From: Gammaproteobacteria bacterium
GTDB taxonomy: Bacteria; Pseudomonadota; Gammaproteobacteria; Thiohalomonadales; Thiohalomonadaceae
Length of the DNA stretch: 20,745 nucleotides
Assembly (NCBI GenBank): GCA_023228645.1
Contig: JALOAT010000060.1
Location: 1-20,745 of the forward strand
Reading direction: 5' to 3'
Below, one piece after another: positions 6,682 to 14,358 of the stretch. The stretch's first letter is position 1, and every line of letters begins with the position of its first letter. The translations under genes were made by a program, and so were the position numbers. The notes beneath the pieces are model-generated. The model saw nothing but the letters and a program-made list of their open reading frames with translations, did no database searches and was not told the origin of the DNA.

Positions 6682-8061
6682 ATGTTTAGCACTATGACTT
6701 TGGCCATTGGTGGCATTGTCCTAGCAGCATTTGTAGGTATTCTATTTTTTGCTGCTTTGATTTTCCGCCGCGTGGTCCCAACAAATATGGTACATATCGT
6801 TCAGTCGTCTAAAAAGACTGTTTCATATGGCCGTGGACGTACTGAAGGTAATACGTATTACGAAATTCCTTCTTCGATTCCTTTTTTCGGTGTTACTGTT
6901 ACTCAGTTCCCAGAATCAGTTTTCGATATTAACTTGAAAGATTATGATGCTTACGACGTTGATCGTTTGCCATTCCTAGTCGACGTTCGTGCGTTCTTCC
7001 GCATTAGCGATTCACAGATTGCCGCCCAGCGCGTTTCGAACTTTAATGAGCTTCGTGACCAGCTTTCAGGTGTCCTCCAGGGCGCTATCCGTAACGTTCT
7101 TGCACAATATACACTTGATCACATTATGAGCGACCGCGCAACTCTTGGTAAACAGTTCTCTGATGTTGTTGATGGTGGCTTGACTGAATGGGGTGTTTCA
7201 ACCGTCAAGACGATTGAATTTATGGACATTCGTGATGCTCGCGATTCACAGGTTATCCACAATATTATGGCTAAGAAAAAGTCATTTATTGAAATGGAAA
7301 GCCGTATTGAAGTTGCTAACAACAAACAGGCTGCTGAATCAAAAGAAATCGAAGCTCAGCGTCAGATTGCCCTTTCAAAGGCAGAAGCTGAACAGACTGT
7401 TGGTATTCGCGAAGCTGAGCGTGACAAGACTGTTGGTATTGCTAACGAAAAGTCAAACCAGGAAGTTCAGGCTGAAGCAAAGGTGACTACTGAACGCCAG
7501 ATGGAAGTTCGCAAGGTTGCCGAAGTTAAGCAAGCTGAAATCAACCGCGATGTTGCTGCCGTTAAGGCAGAACAGGACCAAAAGGTTCAGGTCATTGCTG
7601 CTGAGGCTGATAAAGAATCACAGATTCAAATCGCCGAAGGTAAGTTGGAAGCTACTAAGAAAGAAGCACAAGGTGTTGAAGCTCTTGGTAACGCTAAGGC
7701 CGAGGCTGAAAAGGCACTGTTGCTTGCACCAGTTAACGCCCAGTTGACTCTTGCTAAGGAAATTGGTGAGAATGAAGGTTACCAGAAATATCTCATCGAG
7801 ATCCGTAAGGTTGAAGCTGGTGAAAATGTCGGTAAGGAAATGGCTGGTGCGATGTCACAAGCTGACCTTAAGATCATTGCCAACAGTGGTGATGTACAGG
7901 GCGGCATTGGAAAATTGGCTGATGTGTTTACCCCAGCCGGTGGAACCAGCCTTGCTGGTATGTTGAGCGCATTTGCTCAAACTCCTGAAGGCGCCGCAGT
8001 AGTTGAGGGTATCACAGCAAAGCTTAATGCCCCTGCTGAAACCGGTAAGAAAGCTAAGTAA
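6682..8061 (+). CDS. flotillin-like SPFH (band 7) domain membrane protein (459 aa)
   Basis: N-terminal TM helix (LAIGGIVLAAFVGILFFAALIF). An SPFH-like region. A long A/E/K/Q-rich coiled coil, typical of the FloT/YqiK family. SD AAAGGAAAATGAATG. Confidence 0.8.
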   Translation: MFSTMTLAIGGIVLAAFVGILFFAALIFRRVVPTNMVHIVQSSKKTVSYGRGRTEGNTYYEIPSSIPFFGVTVTQFPESVFDINLKDYDAYDVDRLPFLVDVRAFFRISDSQIAAQRVSNFNELRDQLSGVLQGAIRNVLAQYTLDHIMSDRATLGKQFSDVVDGGLTEWGVSTVKTIEFMDIRDARDSQVIHNIMAKKKSFIEMESRIEVANNKQAAESKEIEAQRQIALSKAEAEQTVGIREAERDKTVGIANEKSNQEVQAEAKVTTERQMEVRKVAEVKQAEINRDVAAVKAEQDQKVQVIAAEADKESQIQIAEGKLEATKKEAQGVEALGNAKAEAEKALLLAPVNAQLTLAKEIGENEGYQKYLIEIRKVEAGENVGKEMAGAMSQADLKIIANSGDVQGGIGKLADVFTPAGGTSLAGMLSAFAQTPEGAAVVEGITAKLNAPAETGKKAK

Positions 8062-8087
8062 AGCTTTTAAACCGAAAAAAAAACGAA

Positions 8088-8120
8088 AAGTGGCGGGGCT
8101 TGACCCTGCCACTTTTCTAT
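8088..8120 (+). terminator. rho-independent terminator (AAAAGTGGCGGG-gcttga-CCCTGCCACTTTT then TCT)
   Basis: Perfect GC-rich stem, A-tract before and T-tract after. A second hairpin follows (GTTAGTGT-CTGAA-ACACTAAC, 8120-8140). Confidence 0.8.
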
Positions 8121-8155
8121 GTTAGTGTCTGAAACACTAACAATAGGAGCGCAGT

Positions 8156-8509
8156 GTGAAATTCATCTTGGAATTCTCTGATTCAGATTTTGAAGAAAAA
8201 GGATGGGAACGTCCATCAACTGAATTTTCGTTCGACTTGAATCTACCATTTGATTATGATAGTGACGCTTGGTGGGATTGGGATGACAGTGTTCTTCTTG
8301 ATCAAGTTAGTGATATGGAAGAGTACGGCGTTCACGATTACACAGCTGGCGGCGATAAAGATGGAAATTGGACTCAATTTGGATATCATTCCTATGAAAT
8401 CAAGCAAGATAAATGGGAAGAAGTAGTTCAAAAATGGCACGAATGGTTTGTTGAGCAAGGTTTTCGGCCTGGTGAAATTACATCGGAAGAAATTAAGGAA
8501 GAAGAATAA
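8156..8509 (+). CDS. acidic, Trp-rich hypothetical protein (117 aa); GTG start
   Basis: SD AGGAG 7 nt upstream of the GTG. The protein is strongly acidic. Confidence 0.5.
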   Translation: MKFILEFSDSDFEEKGWERPSTEFSFDLNLPFDYDSDAWWDWDDSVLLDQVSDMEEYGVHDYTAGGDKDGNWTQFGYHSYEIKQDKWEEVVQKWHEWFVEQGFRPGEITSEEIKEEE

Positions 8510-8925
8510 TGGAAGTTTTAGTTACTACTGTTGGCGCGGTTCGTGATCACGGCGATACTCTTACTATCGTGACAGTTGGTGAGCACGAAGTTGTCGCTAA
8601 CAAGAAGGAAGATGGGACCCCGCGATGGACTGCTGGAGAACTTGTTGTTTATGTCCCAGAAGGGGCCATCATTCCAGATGATGTGCTCAAAGAGCGTGGA
8701 TATTGGGATGAAGTAAAGGGTAAGGGCTTGCTTGAAGGCAAGCGTGGAAATCGTGTGAAAATGCGTCGTTTTGCTGGCTTCGAATCTCGCGGTTTATTGT
8801 TCAAAGTTCTTCCATCAGTAGATGCGATTCCGGAAAATCATATTCAGCGTGGCTGTGATTACCAAGGCGTGAACTTGGGTGATAATGTTATGGAATTTCT
8901 TGGAATTACGGAGCATACTGTATGA
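8509..8925 (+). CDS. tRNA-binding OB-fold domain protein (CsaA/Trbp111/EMAP-like, tRNA_bind family), stand-alone (138 aa)
   Basis: VGAVRDHGDTLTIVTVGEHEVVANKK...GELVVYVPEGAIIPDDVL...KMRRFAGFESRGLLF follows the tRNA_bind pattern (vG-V...L-v-Vd-G...vVsGa...Ga-lP...klRGv-SeGML). Assigned from motif memory only. Confidence 0.5.
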   Translation: MEVLVTTVGAVRDHGDTLTIVTVGEHEVVANKKEDGTPRWTAGELVVYVPEGAIIPDDVLKERGYWDEVKGKGLLEGKRGNRVKMRRFAGFESRGLLFKVLPSVDAIPENHIQRGCDYQGVNLGDNVMEFLGITEHTV

Positions 8926-9155
8926 TTGAGAAATATACTGATACCGATCTTTACAGCCAGGAATGGCGGCCATCTGACGATCAAATCTTGGCTGCTGCCA
9001 GAGTTATAGATAGTGACCTTCGTTTCTACGGACTTCTTAGGGAGTATCCTACATACGAAGAAATGCTCATCAGTGATCCAATTGGAGCCAGCGAATGGGG
9101 TGGTACGATAGAACGAATGTTGCTTGCTGCCCACAAGGCCCAAAATGATGATTAA
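8922..9155 (+). CDS. hypothetical protein (77 aa)
   Basis: Its start overlaps the upstream stop (ATGA). Confidence 0.45.
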   Translation: MIEKYTDTDLYSQEWRPSDDQILAAARVIDSDLRFYGLLREYPTYEEMLISDPIGASEWGGTIERMLLAAHKAQNDD

Positions 9156-9504
9156 CTACGCAGGTATTCGTTCAGTCAAAGCTGGAGAAAAAATCATACC
9201 TATAGTTTGGGTGAAGGATATTGATATTTCGACCATAGAAGAAGGTCATATTACTATATCTACATATGAGGGAGAAATACATAAATCATATGGATTTGAT
9301 GCTATTGAAACCGTTATGGTTTTTAAGCCGAGTGCTCTTGAAGGTCGACGCCTAAAGTGGAAAAAGAATGCTTGGCGTTTTCATAACTTCATAATTCACC
9401 CACTTTTAGAAATCCTTTCAACATTAGGTTTCAAACGCCAAGCGGTGAGATTACACGATTGGGGTACTCCAACGCCTCGTGGATTTAAAGATACTTCTTC
9501 TTAA
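9124..9504 (+). CDS. hypothetical protein (126 aa)
   Basis: ORF from the track. Its 3' end overlaps the convergent endonuclease gene by 20 nt. Confidence 0.45.
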   Translation: MLPTRPKMMINYAGIRSVKAGEKIIPIVWVKDIDISTIEEGHITISTYEGEIHKSYGFDAIETVMVFKPSALEGRRLKWKKNAWRFHNFIIHPLLEILSTLGFKRQAVRLHDWGTPTPRGFKDTSS

Positions 9505-10369
9505 TTTCCATCCAAGATGTTTTAATTCCTCTTCTTGAATATGCCACTATCGGATTTCGTGGTATGTTGTTAGGAAGTGGATTGTTATTAATATATTCTT
9601 GCCATTTTGAATAACTATTGACATTGATAGATTTTAGAAAAAATAGAAAATCTTCGAAACTGATATAGTTTTCTCTTAATTTCTCTTTAGTCTCATCTGA
9701 AAGTTTTTTACCAAGATTGGCCTTTCGTAGTTTTTCTTTAACGCTGTCAGGTCTTGTTCTACCTGTCAATGCTACTCTTATCTTTTCAATAGACTCAGCT
9801 GATGGCTTGGCTCGATTTATTGCTGATCGTCTAAGTATTTCTTTGGTTTTTTCAGAAGCTTTAGATCCTTTTTTAGCCTTACTTATTTTGGCTTTAGCTT
9901 CATCAGTATGACCTTTGCCCAATCGCGCAGCTTGTATGGATAAAACTTGCTTTTCGCGATAAACTGGATCATTCCACTTGGAAGTTTGTATTTCACTTTT
10001 AGTTTTGGCAACATTATTTTTAGCGTAGTTCTTCTTATAAGTAGTTTTTTGTTTTTCGATACTACGTTCATCATTATAGAAATTAGTTCTACCGATTTGC
10101 TTATTAAGCCACTGGTTTGAACTGTGACAATGAAAACACTCTTGAAATTTAATTTCTAAATTTATGATCTGATCAACACCGCCAGCAGCTAAGATTTCAA
10201 TCACATCTGGCTCGCCATTAAATGCTCGGAATTCTTTCACATAATGACTTGATGTGAAATATGTTTTCCATAAATTTGATGGATGAGCACTTTTTCCATA
10301 TTGGCATCCAACATACCATTTGTCTATTTTAGACCATCCAATTATGTAAAGATAAGGCAAATTTTCCAT
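9485..10369 (-). CDS. second free-standing homing endonuclease (GIY-YIG-like N-terminus, NUMOD3-type repeats, C-terminal tail shared with the 4465..5310 endonuclease)
   Basis: N-terminus LYIIGW...KWYVGCQ. Repeats (SEIQTSKWNDPVYREK; DEAKAKISKAKKGSK; AESIEKIRVALTGRTR; DSVKEKLRKANLGKK; DETKEKLREN). C-terminal NPIVAYSRRGIKTSWMEI matches NPVEAYKKRGIQITWKEL of the first endonuclease. Confidence 0.7.
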   Translation of the reverse strand: MENLPYLYIIGWSKIDKWYVGCQYGKSAHPSNLWKTYFTSSHYVKEFRAFNGEPDVIEILAAGGVDQIINLEIKFQECFHCHSSNQWLNKQIGRTNFYNDERSIEKQKTTYKKNYAKNNVAKTKSEIQTSKWNDPVYREKQVLSIQAARLGKGHTDEAKAKISKAKKGSKASEKTKEILRRSAINRAKPSAESIEKIRVALTGRTRPDSVKEKLRKANLGKKLSDETKEKLRENYISFEDFLFFLKSINVNSYSKWQEYINNNPLPNNIPRNPIVAYSRRGIKTSWMEIKKKYL

Positions 10370-10461
10370 ATTTTAATCAACCATTCTATAGTTTAAATTT
10401 ATTTATAGACTTTTGAAATGATATAAAGTATAGTTAATGGCAATTAACTAAGGACAGAAAT

Positions 10462-10704
10462 ATGGCACATATATATTATTTTAAAGAAAAAAAGAGAAAC
10501 GAAGATTCTTACTCTGCCGGGATTCTTTCTATCCCTAAAGGCCCATATTGCTCCCCTGAATTATTGCCAGTGATTGGTAAAATTTTTCAAGATTCTGATC
10601 AAACCTTTTATGAAATTGTTGACATAAAATTTAATGCTAAAATGACAAGTCAAATTACGAACTCAATTGATCAAATTTATGATGTGTATTGTGATCAACT
10701 TTAA
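10462..10704 (+). CDS. hypothetical protein (80 aa)
   Basis: SD AAGGACAG upstream. ORF from the track. Confidence 0.5.
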   Translation: MAHIYYFKEKKRNEDSYSAGILSIPKGPYCSPELLPVIGKIFQDSDQTFYEIVDIKFNAKMTSQITNSIDQIYDVYCDQL

Positions 10705-10709
10705 ATCTT

Positions 10710-11084
10710 ATGATTGGACCACTCCAGTGCCGAGAGGTTTTAGAGATTAAAAAGATGACAGATTATTCCATATCAAATACTTTTACCTTTTTCGCAAATG
10801 GTGAAGCTGATATTCTTGAACTGCTTGAAATGGTTAAACGTTATGACGGCCCTGGACATATTGGAAATCAAATTAGAATCATTAATATGATTTACACCAT
10901 TAATATGTCAATTGAGATTGAAAAATATAGAAGAATAGCTGACCAATATCTTGCTTGGAAGGATCTATTAAGTATTTTAAATTCTTGGGAGGAAGCTTGG
11001 TTGGCGGTTGTGACGGCAAATCCAACCAGAGCTAAATTTTGCTGTAATGAAACTGTGATAAATTATACTAAGCTAATTTCTTGA
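10710..11084 (+). CDS. hypothetical protein (124 aa; an internal ATG at 10755 is an alternative start)
   Basis: ORF from the track. Confidence 0.45.
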   Translation: MIGPLQCREVLEIKKMTDYSISNTFTFFANGEADILELLEMVKRYDGPGHIGNQIRIINMIYTINMSIEIEKYRRIADQYLAWKDLLSILNSWEEAWLAVVTANPTRAKFCCNETVINYTKLIS

Positions 11085-11187
11085 TCAGGACCCTAATTAA
11101 ATAAGTATATAATATAGCAGAGGGAAAGAAAAATGAATTATAGGAATCTTGACATCTTCTAGTGATACACAACTAGGAGAATGACAG

Positions 11188-11670
11188 ATGAAATATACGT
11201 ATCCATTTACCGCAATTTTCAAATGCGGTTATACTACCGAAGTGAACAATTCTTCTGAGCTTCGAGCGCTCGTGAAAGAATATGGAGCATTTGGCTATGA
11301 ATGGATTGAAACATCATTTAGCCGAGCATATCGCTATAAGCCTTTTTGTGAAACATATCCAAAGGACTATGTTCCACGTTTCGAATCAGCTCACTATTTC
11401 GAATGGATCGTTCGAGATTTTTATGGTTTAAAAGTCGACTATGCTTTAGTTGAATTTGATGAAAAACCGTACCGAGCTTGGTGGGCTTCCGGTCGATATG
11501 AGGAACAGAGAAAGGCTGCTGAAAGAGGCCTGCCGATTCCATACGTTCGCAGCCGCTGGAGGGCAAACCGCAAATATCCAAAGAATGGCCGCCGCGGCGT
11601 CGCGGCAAGAAACAGCCAGGATAAAAAGATTTTTAATAAAAACAAGAGCCAAAATAATTTCGATGAATGA
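11188..11670 (+). CDS. hypothetical protein (160 aa) with a basic C-terminus
   Basis: SD TAGGAGAATG upstream. ORF from the track. Confidence 0.55.
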   Translation: MKYTYPFTAIFKCGYTTEVNNSSELRALVKEYGAFGYEWIETSFSRAYRYKPFCETYPKDYVPRFESAHYFEWIVRDFYGLKVDYALVEFDEKPYRAWWASGRYEEQRKAAERGLPIPYVRSRWRANRKYPKNGRRGVAARNSQDKKIFNKNKSQNNFDE

Positions 11671-11676
11671 TTTTGG

Positions 11677-11706
11677 TTGACAATGAACTAGTCCTTGTAC
11701 TATAAT
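11677..11706 (+). promoter_or_regulatory. consensus sigma70 promoter TTGACA-18-TATAAT driving the non-coding tRNA-like cluster
   Basis: TTGACA at 11677-11682 and TATAAT at 11701-11706. No ORF follows for about 370 nt. Confidence 0.65.
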
Positions 11707-11814
11707 GATCCAATAAGGGCTAGTTTAGAGGCGTAAGACACCTCGCTGATGACGCCAATCGAGAAGAACGGCAAACCGGGAGGGACCGGGAGTTTATCAG
11801 TAAAACGTTTGTTT

Positions 11815-11914
11815 AGGTCTTTAGTGTAATGGAAGCACTTTATTAGCAGGCACTTAATTTATTAGGACCTGGTAAGCGGAAATAAGAGTCACGGTTCGAT
11901 CCCGTGAAGACCTG
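11815..11914 (+). tRNA. tRNA-like gene with canonical acceptor, D- and T-arms but a 36-nt anticodon region (about 29 nt excess); anticodon not assignable, so either an intron-like insertion or a disrupted tRNA
   Basis: Acceptor AGGTCTT/AAGACCT, 7/7. T8 A9. D-arm GTGT-AATGGAA-GCAC. Anticodon stem TTATT (11840-44) paired with AATAA (11881-85), enclosing AGCAGGCACTTAATTTATTAGGACCTGGTAAGCGGA. Variable GAGT. T-arm CACGG-TTCGATC-CCGTG. Discriminator G. A direct repeat TTTATTAG occurs twice inside. Confidence 0.45.
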
Positions 11915-11949
11915 CAAAACCTAGTAGCGTAGGAATGAGATACTTCGAT

Positions 11950-11994
11950 AGGAAAACCTTCGTGTCGCTGGTTCGATTCCAGCTCTCCCCACCA
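11950..11994 (+). pseudogene. 3' half of a tRNA-Phe(GAA)-like gene with genomically encoded CCA
   Basis: Reads loop AGGAAAA, stem CCTTC, variable GTGTC, T-arm GCTGG-TTCGATT-CCAGC, acceptor TCTCCCC, discriminator A, then CCA. It is near-identical in layout to an enterobacterial tRNA-Phe 3' half as I recall it (GTGTC variable loop, TTCGATT T-loop, A73). Confidence 0.5.
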
Positions 11995-12002
11995 GCTTTT
12001 AT

Positions 12003-12045
12003 GGGGAGATAGCTCAGACGGTAGAGCAGAGGAAAGAAAAACTTG
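12003..12045 (+). pseudogene. 5' half of the same tRNA-Phe-like gene, lying 8 nt DOWNSTREAM of its 3' half (permuted or tandem-decayed arrangement)
   Basis: GGGGAGA-TA-GCTC-AGACGGTA-GAGC-A-GAGGA-AAGAAAA-ACTTG. The 5' acceptor is the exact complement of the upstream TCTCCCC. The anticodon-stem 5' strand GAGGA pairs 4/5 with the upstream CCTTC. The loop holds GAA at 34-36 but A33 in place of U33. Confidence 0.5.
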
Positions 12046-12087
12046 TTTCGCTTTTATCTCTAGGTTTCTTTTTTAGGATGTGGGAAG

Positions 12088-12459
12088 ATGGCAATTTCAA
12101 AGAGTCACGAAGAGAATAAACAGCGTTTAGATGAGTTGTCTGATCGACAGCAATATATGAATGAATTCTTTGATGAAATGATGACTTTGATACAACGTCC
12201 TTCCAACTTACACGTATTGAAGTCTCAGCCATATTTTAATATGATGAAAAAACTTACTTTTATACACGAATTGAGATCTAAAATCTCAAAGCGAGGAAAT
12301 GAATTAAGTTTAAAATCTATTCTAACATCGGAAGATTTGGAAGAACTGCATTCTATTAGAATTATAGACTCTGGCCATATTGATTGTATATGGATTTCTA
12401 TCAGAGAATTTTTAGCACAAACCAAATTAAAAATCAACATCGACGAACGCCGCACTTGA
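12088..12459 (+). CDS. hypothetical protein (123 aa)
   Basis: SD GGATGTGGGAAG upstream. ORF from the track. Confidence 0.55.
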   Translation: MAISKSHEENKQRLDELSDRQQYMNEFFDEMMTLIQRPSNLHVLKSQPYFNMMKKLTFIHELRSKISKRGNELSLKSILTSEDLEELHSIRIIDSGHIDCIWISIREFLAQTKLKINIDERRT

Positions 12460-12530
12460 TTGTTTAGTTGACACACACTTACAATTAGTGTAAAAGGTGT
12501 TGATTTGAAAACTTTCAAAGGAGAGAAGTC

Positions 12531-12743
12531 GTGATTGAACAGCTTCCAAAAAATATAGCAAAGGCTCGGAAAGAAGTCACCAATTTTCTAAGCAAGCGAT
12601 TGTCATTGCACGAGCTTGCGTCTTATCACAAATGTACTTCTGAATGGCACCAGCATAAGCCAAACGAATATAACAGCGAATGCCTGAGATTGCTAAATGA
12701 ATATTGCGCAGAACGTGGATTTAAAATTGAAAACTTTTATTAA
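12531..12743 (+). CDS. hypothetical protein (70 aa), GTG start
   Basis: SD AAAGGAGAG 6 nt upstream of the GTG. Confidence 0.45.
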   Translation: MIEQLPKNIAKARKEVTNFLSKRLSLHELASYHKCTSEWHQHKPNEYNSECLRLLNEYCAERGFKIENFY

Positions 12744-12744
12744 T

Positions 12745-12939
12745 ATGATTTATAATCAACAAACTATAATTAGTGAGAAATTTCGAGCTCAAATATCAGT
12801 TGATGAATTTCTTGATAGCCAGCCGTCTATTTTTGAAATTCAAGCATATATTCAAATGGCTCGTAACGACTTAGTAACTAATCCAAATGACATTTATGCA
12901 GCTCACGTAATTCGTCTATTATCTGGCGATACTGATTGA
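12745..12939 (+). CDS. hypothetical protein (~64 aa; the track ORF begins at 12697 and overlaps the upstream gene)
   Basis: An in-frame ATG sits immediately after the upstream TAA. Confidence 0.4.
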   Translation: MIYNQQTIISEKFRAQISVDEFLDSQPSIFEIQAYIQMARNDLVTNPNDIYAAHVIRLLSGDTD

Positions 12940-12995
12940 TTACTAGTTGGCAGTATGCTATAAAGATAGTGACAATACTAATGGAGTATAATTGA

Positions 12996-13505
12996 GTGAA
13001 AATTTTGACATCGCAAAGCTATTACGGTTATAACGTTGAAGTAAAAACGCCAGAAGCGCCGGAAGAATTGAATTATATTTGTAATTTGGCTATAGCTCAA
13101 AAATTATATGTAAATGAGGATTATACATTTTATAAACTATTGAATAATGAACGGCAATATATCAGACAGATGGCGGCGATGTCTATCCACGATGCTTTGT
13201 ATGGATTAGCCATTGTCTGGGATTATTCTAGACGAATTGTTGATCGCGGCTTCGCTGAAAGTATGGAGCAAATGGAATCTTTTGGTTTTTTGCCACAAGC
13301 TGTTGGCGTATTTGTACCACCACGCCAGCGTGGTGGTTTAATTGGATCATTAATGGTTAATAATATTTTGGATTCTTTTGCCCAGCCAGTATTTTGCATT
13401 GGCGATTCCCTACAGGAACAGGCATTTTGGATGTCAGATCGAGTAGATAAGACTTATATTAAATTTATGCTTACAGAAAAAGCAACAGTCCGGATCAATT
13501 TTTGA
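12996..13505 (+). CDS. hypothetical protein (169 aa), GTG start
   Basis: ORF from the track, with a GGAG about 9 nt upstream. Confidence 0.5.
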   Translation: MKILTSQSYYGYNVEVKTPEAPEELNYICNLAIAQKLYVNEDYTFYKLLNNERQYIRQMAAMSIHDALYGLAIVWDYSRRIVDRGFAESMEQMESFGFLPQAVGVFVPPRQRGGLIGSLMVNNILDSFAQPVFCIGDSLQEQAFWMSDRVDKTYIKFMLTEKATVRINF

Positions 13506-13519
13506 AAGGATATTGAAAA

Positions 13520-13954
13520 ATGTTAGATTCAATGATGGAATTATCAAAAGATAAGCTTTCAGAAATTATAAAAGAATATATTGAAGATTCTATCGCTCTA
13601 TTGAACCAAGAGAGACGGTCCTATGAAAAGCGAGCAATTGAAGTAGTAACTCGTCCACGCTTGTTCGGTCTTCGAGCCCCAATGGCGATTAATCCCACTC
13701 CTGAAGAGGCTGTCAGAATAGTCAAAGAAAGACTCAAATGGTATGGATATTCACGACATAGTTATATGGCTCGCAGAGTTCAAGCAACTATGTTTCAGGA
13801 TATGATTGACCGAGGCGATGCTGATTCGAAGTTTTTAATTTCGGTTGATGACCATTCAATGCTGATGAATTGTGACTATTCATCAAAAGCATCTTGGAAT
13901 GCAAACCGATGGGATGCTAAAAATGATCCAGAATTAGCTGATATGTTTAATTAA
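13520..13954 (+). CDS. hypothetical protein (144 aa)
   Basis: SD AAAGGATATTGAAAAATG upstream. ORF from the track. Confidence 0.55.
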   Translation: MLDSMMELSKDKLSEIIKEYIEDSIALLNQERRSYEKRAIEVVTRPRLFGLRAPMAINPTPEEAVRIVKERLKWYGYSRHSYMARRVQATMFQDMIDRGDADSKFLISVDDHSMLMNCDYSSKASWNANRWDAKNDPELADMFN

Positions 13955-14059
13955 AATCGACTTTGTATAATTTTTATAATATAGTCTAATAGTAAAAGTA
14001 TGTCCTGATTACAGGCTTGATAGCTTTTACCAATAAACCAGACTATAAGGAGATATGCT

Positions 14060-14305
14060 ATGTCTGATGAAGTAACATTTAATGATGAATCTGGCTTGAA
14101 TTGGAATGACATTTCAAGTGAAGATTATCGAGTTTATGAATTTGCTGATACTCAAATTAAGATCCAATCACCCTTAAAACTTAACGTAAGTAGGAGCGGC
14201 GGCCATCGAATTTTTGATGCGAATGGCGTTAGTCACTACATTCCTGGTGGATGGCGGCATCTCTATTGGGAAGCGCGCCCAGGAAGTCCAAATTTTGTGA
14301 AATGA
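14060..14305 (+). CDS. hypothetical protein (81 aa)
   Basis: SD TAAGGAGATATG upstream. Confidence 0.5.
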   Translation: MSDEVTFNDESGLNWNDISSEDYRVYEFADTQIKIQSPLKLNVSRSGGHRIFDANGVSHYIPGGWRHLYWEARPGSPNFVK

Positions 14306-14312
14306 TATAACT

Positions 14313-14347
14313 GCGGATGGTAGATAACTACCATCCGCATTTTTCTT
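14313..14347 (+). terminator. strong rho-independent terminator (GCGGATGGTAG-ATAA-CTACCATCCGC then ATTTTTCTT)
   Basis: 11-bp perfect stem plus a T-tract. It lies inside the 5' end of track ORF 14317..14526, so that ORF probably starts later. Confidence 0.75.
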
Positions 14348-14358
14348 GGGAGAAATAT

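Noticed and set aside
7193-7966. Alternative-frame + strand ORFs inside the flotillin-like gene (7193..7486, 7517..7747, 7751..7966)
   Set aside because: They fall within the coiled-coil region of a well-supported 459-aa gene. They are frame shadows of repetitive AAG/GCT-rich sequence.
11714-12080. Two-piece (permuted) tmRNA, suggested by the ...T-arm, acceptor, ACCA, 8 nt, GGGG... gene order
   Set aside because: The acceptor has G3-C70, not the G3-U70 alanine determinant. The downstream piece has a canonical tRNA D-arm rather than the tmRNA D-analogue. No tag reading frame ending in a hydrophobic-AA stop is present. The downstream piece is only about 75 nt.
14317-14358. Track start codon at 14317 for the 69-aa ORF
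   Set aside because: The first 14 codons would lie inside a strong rho-independent terminator hairpin (14313-14347). An in-frame ATG at 14359 with a well-spaced SD is the better start.
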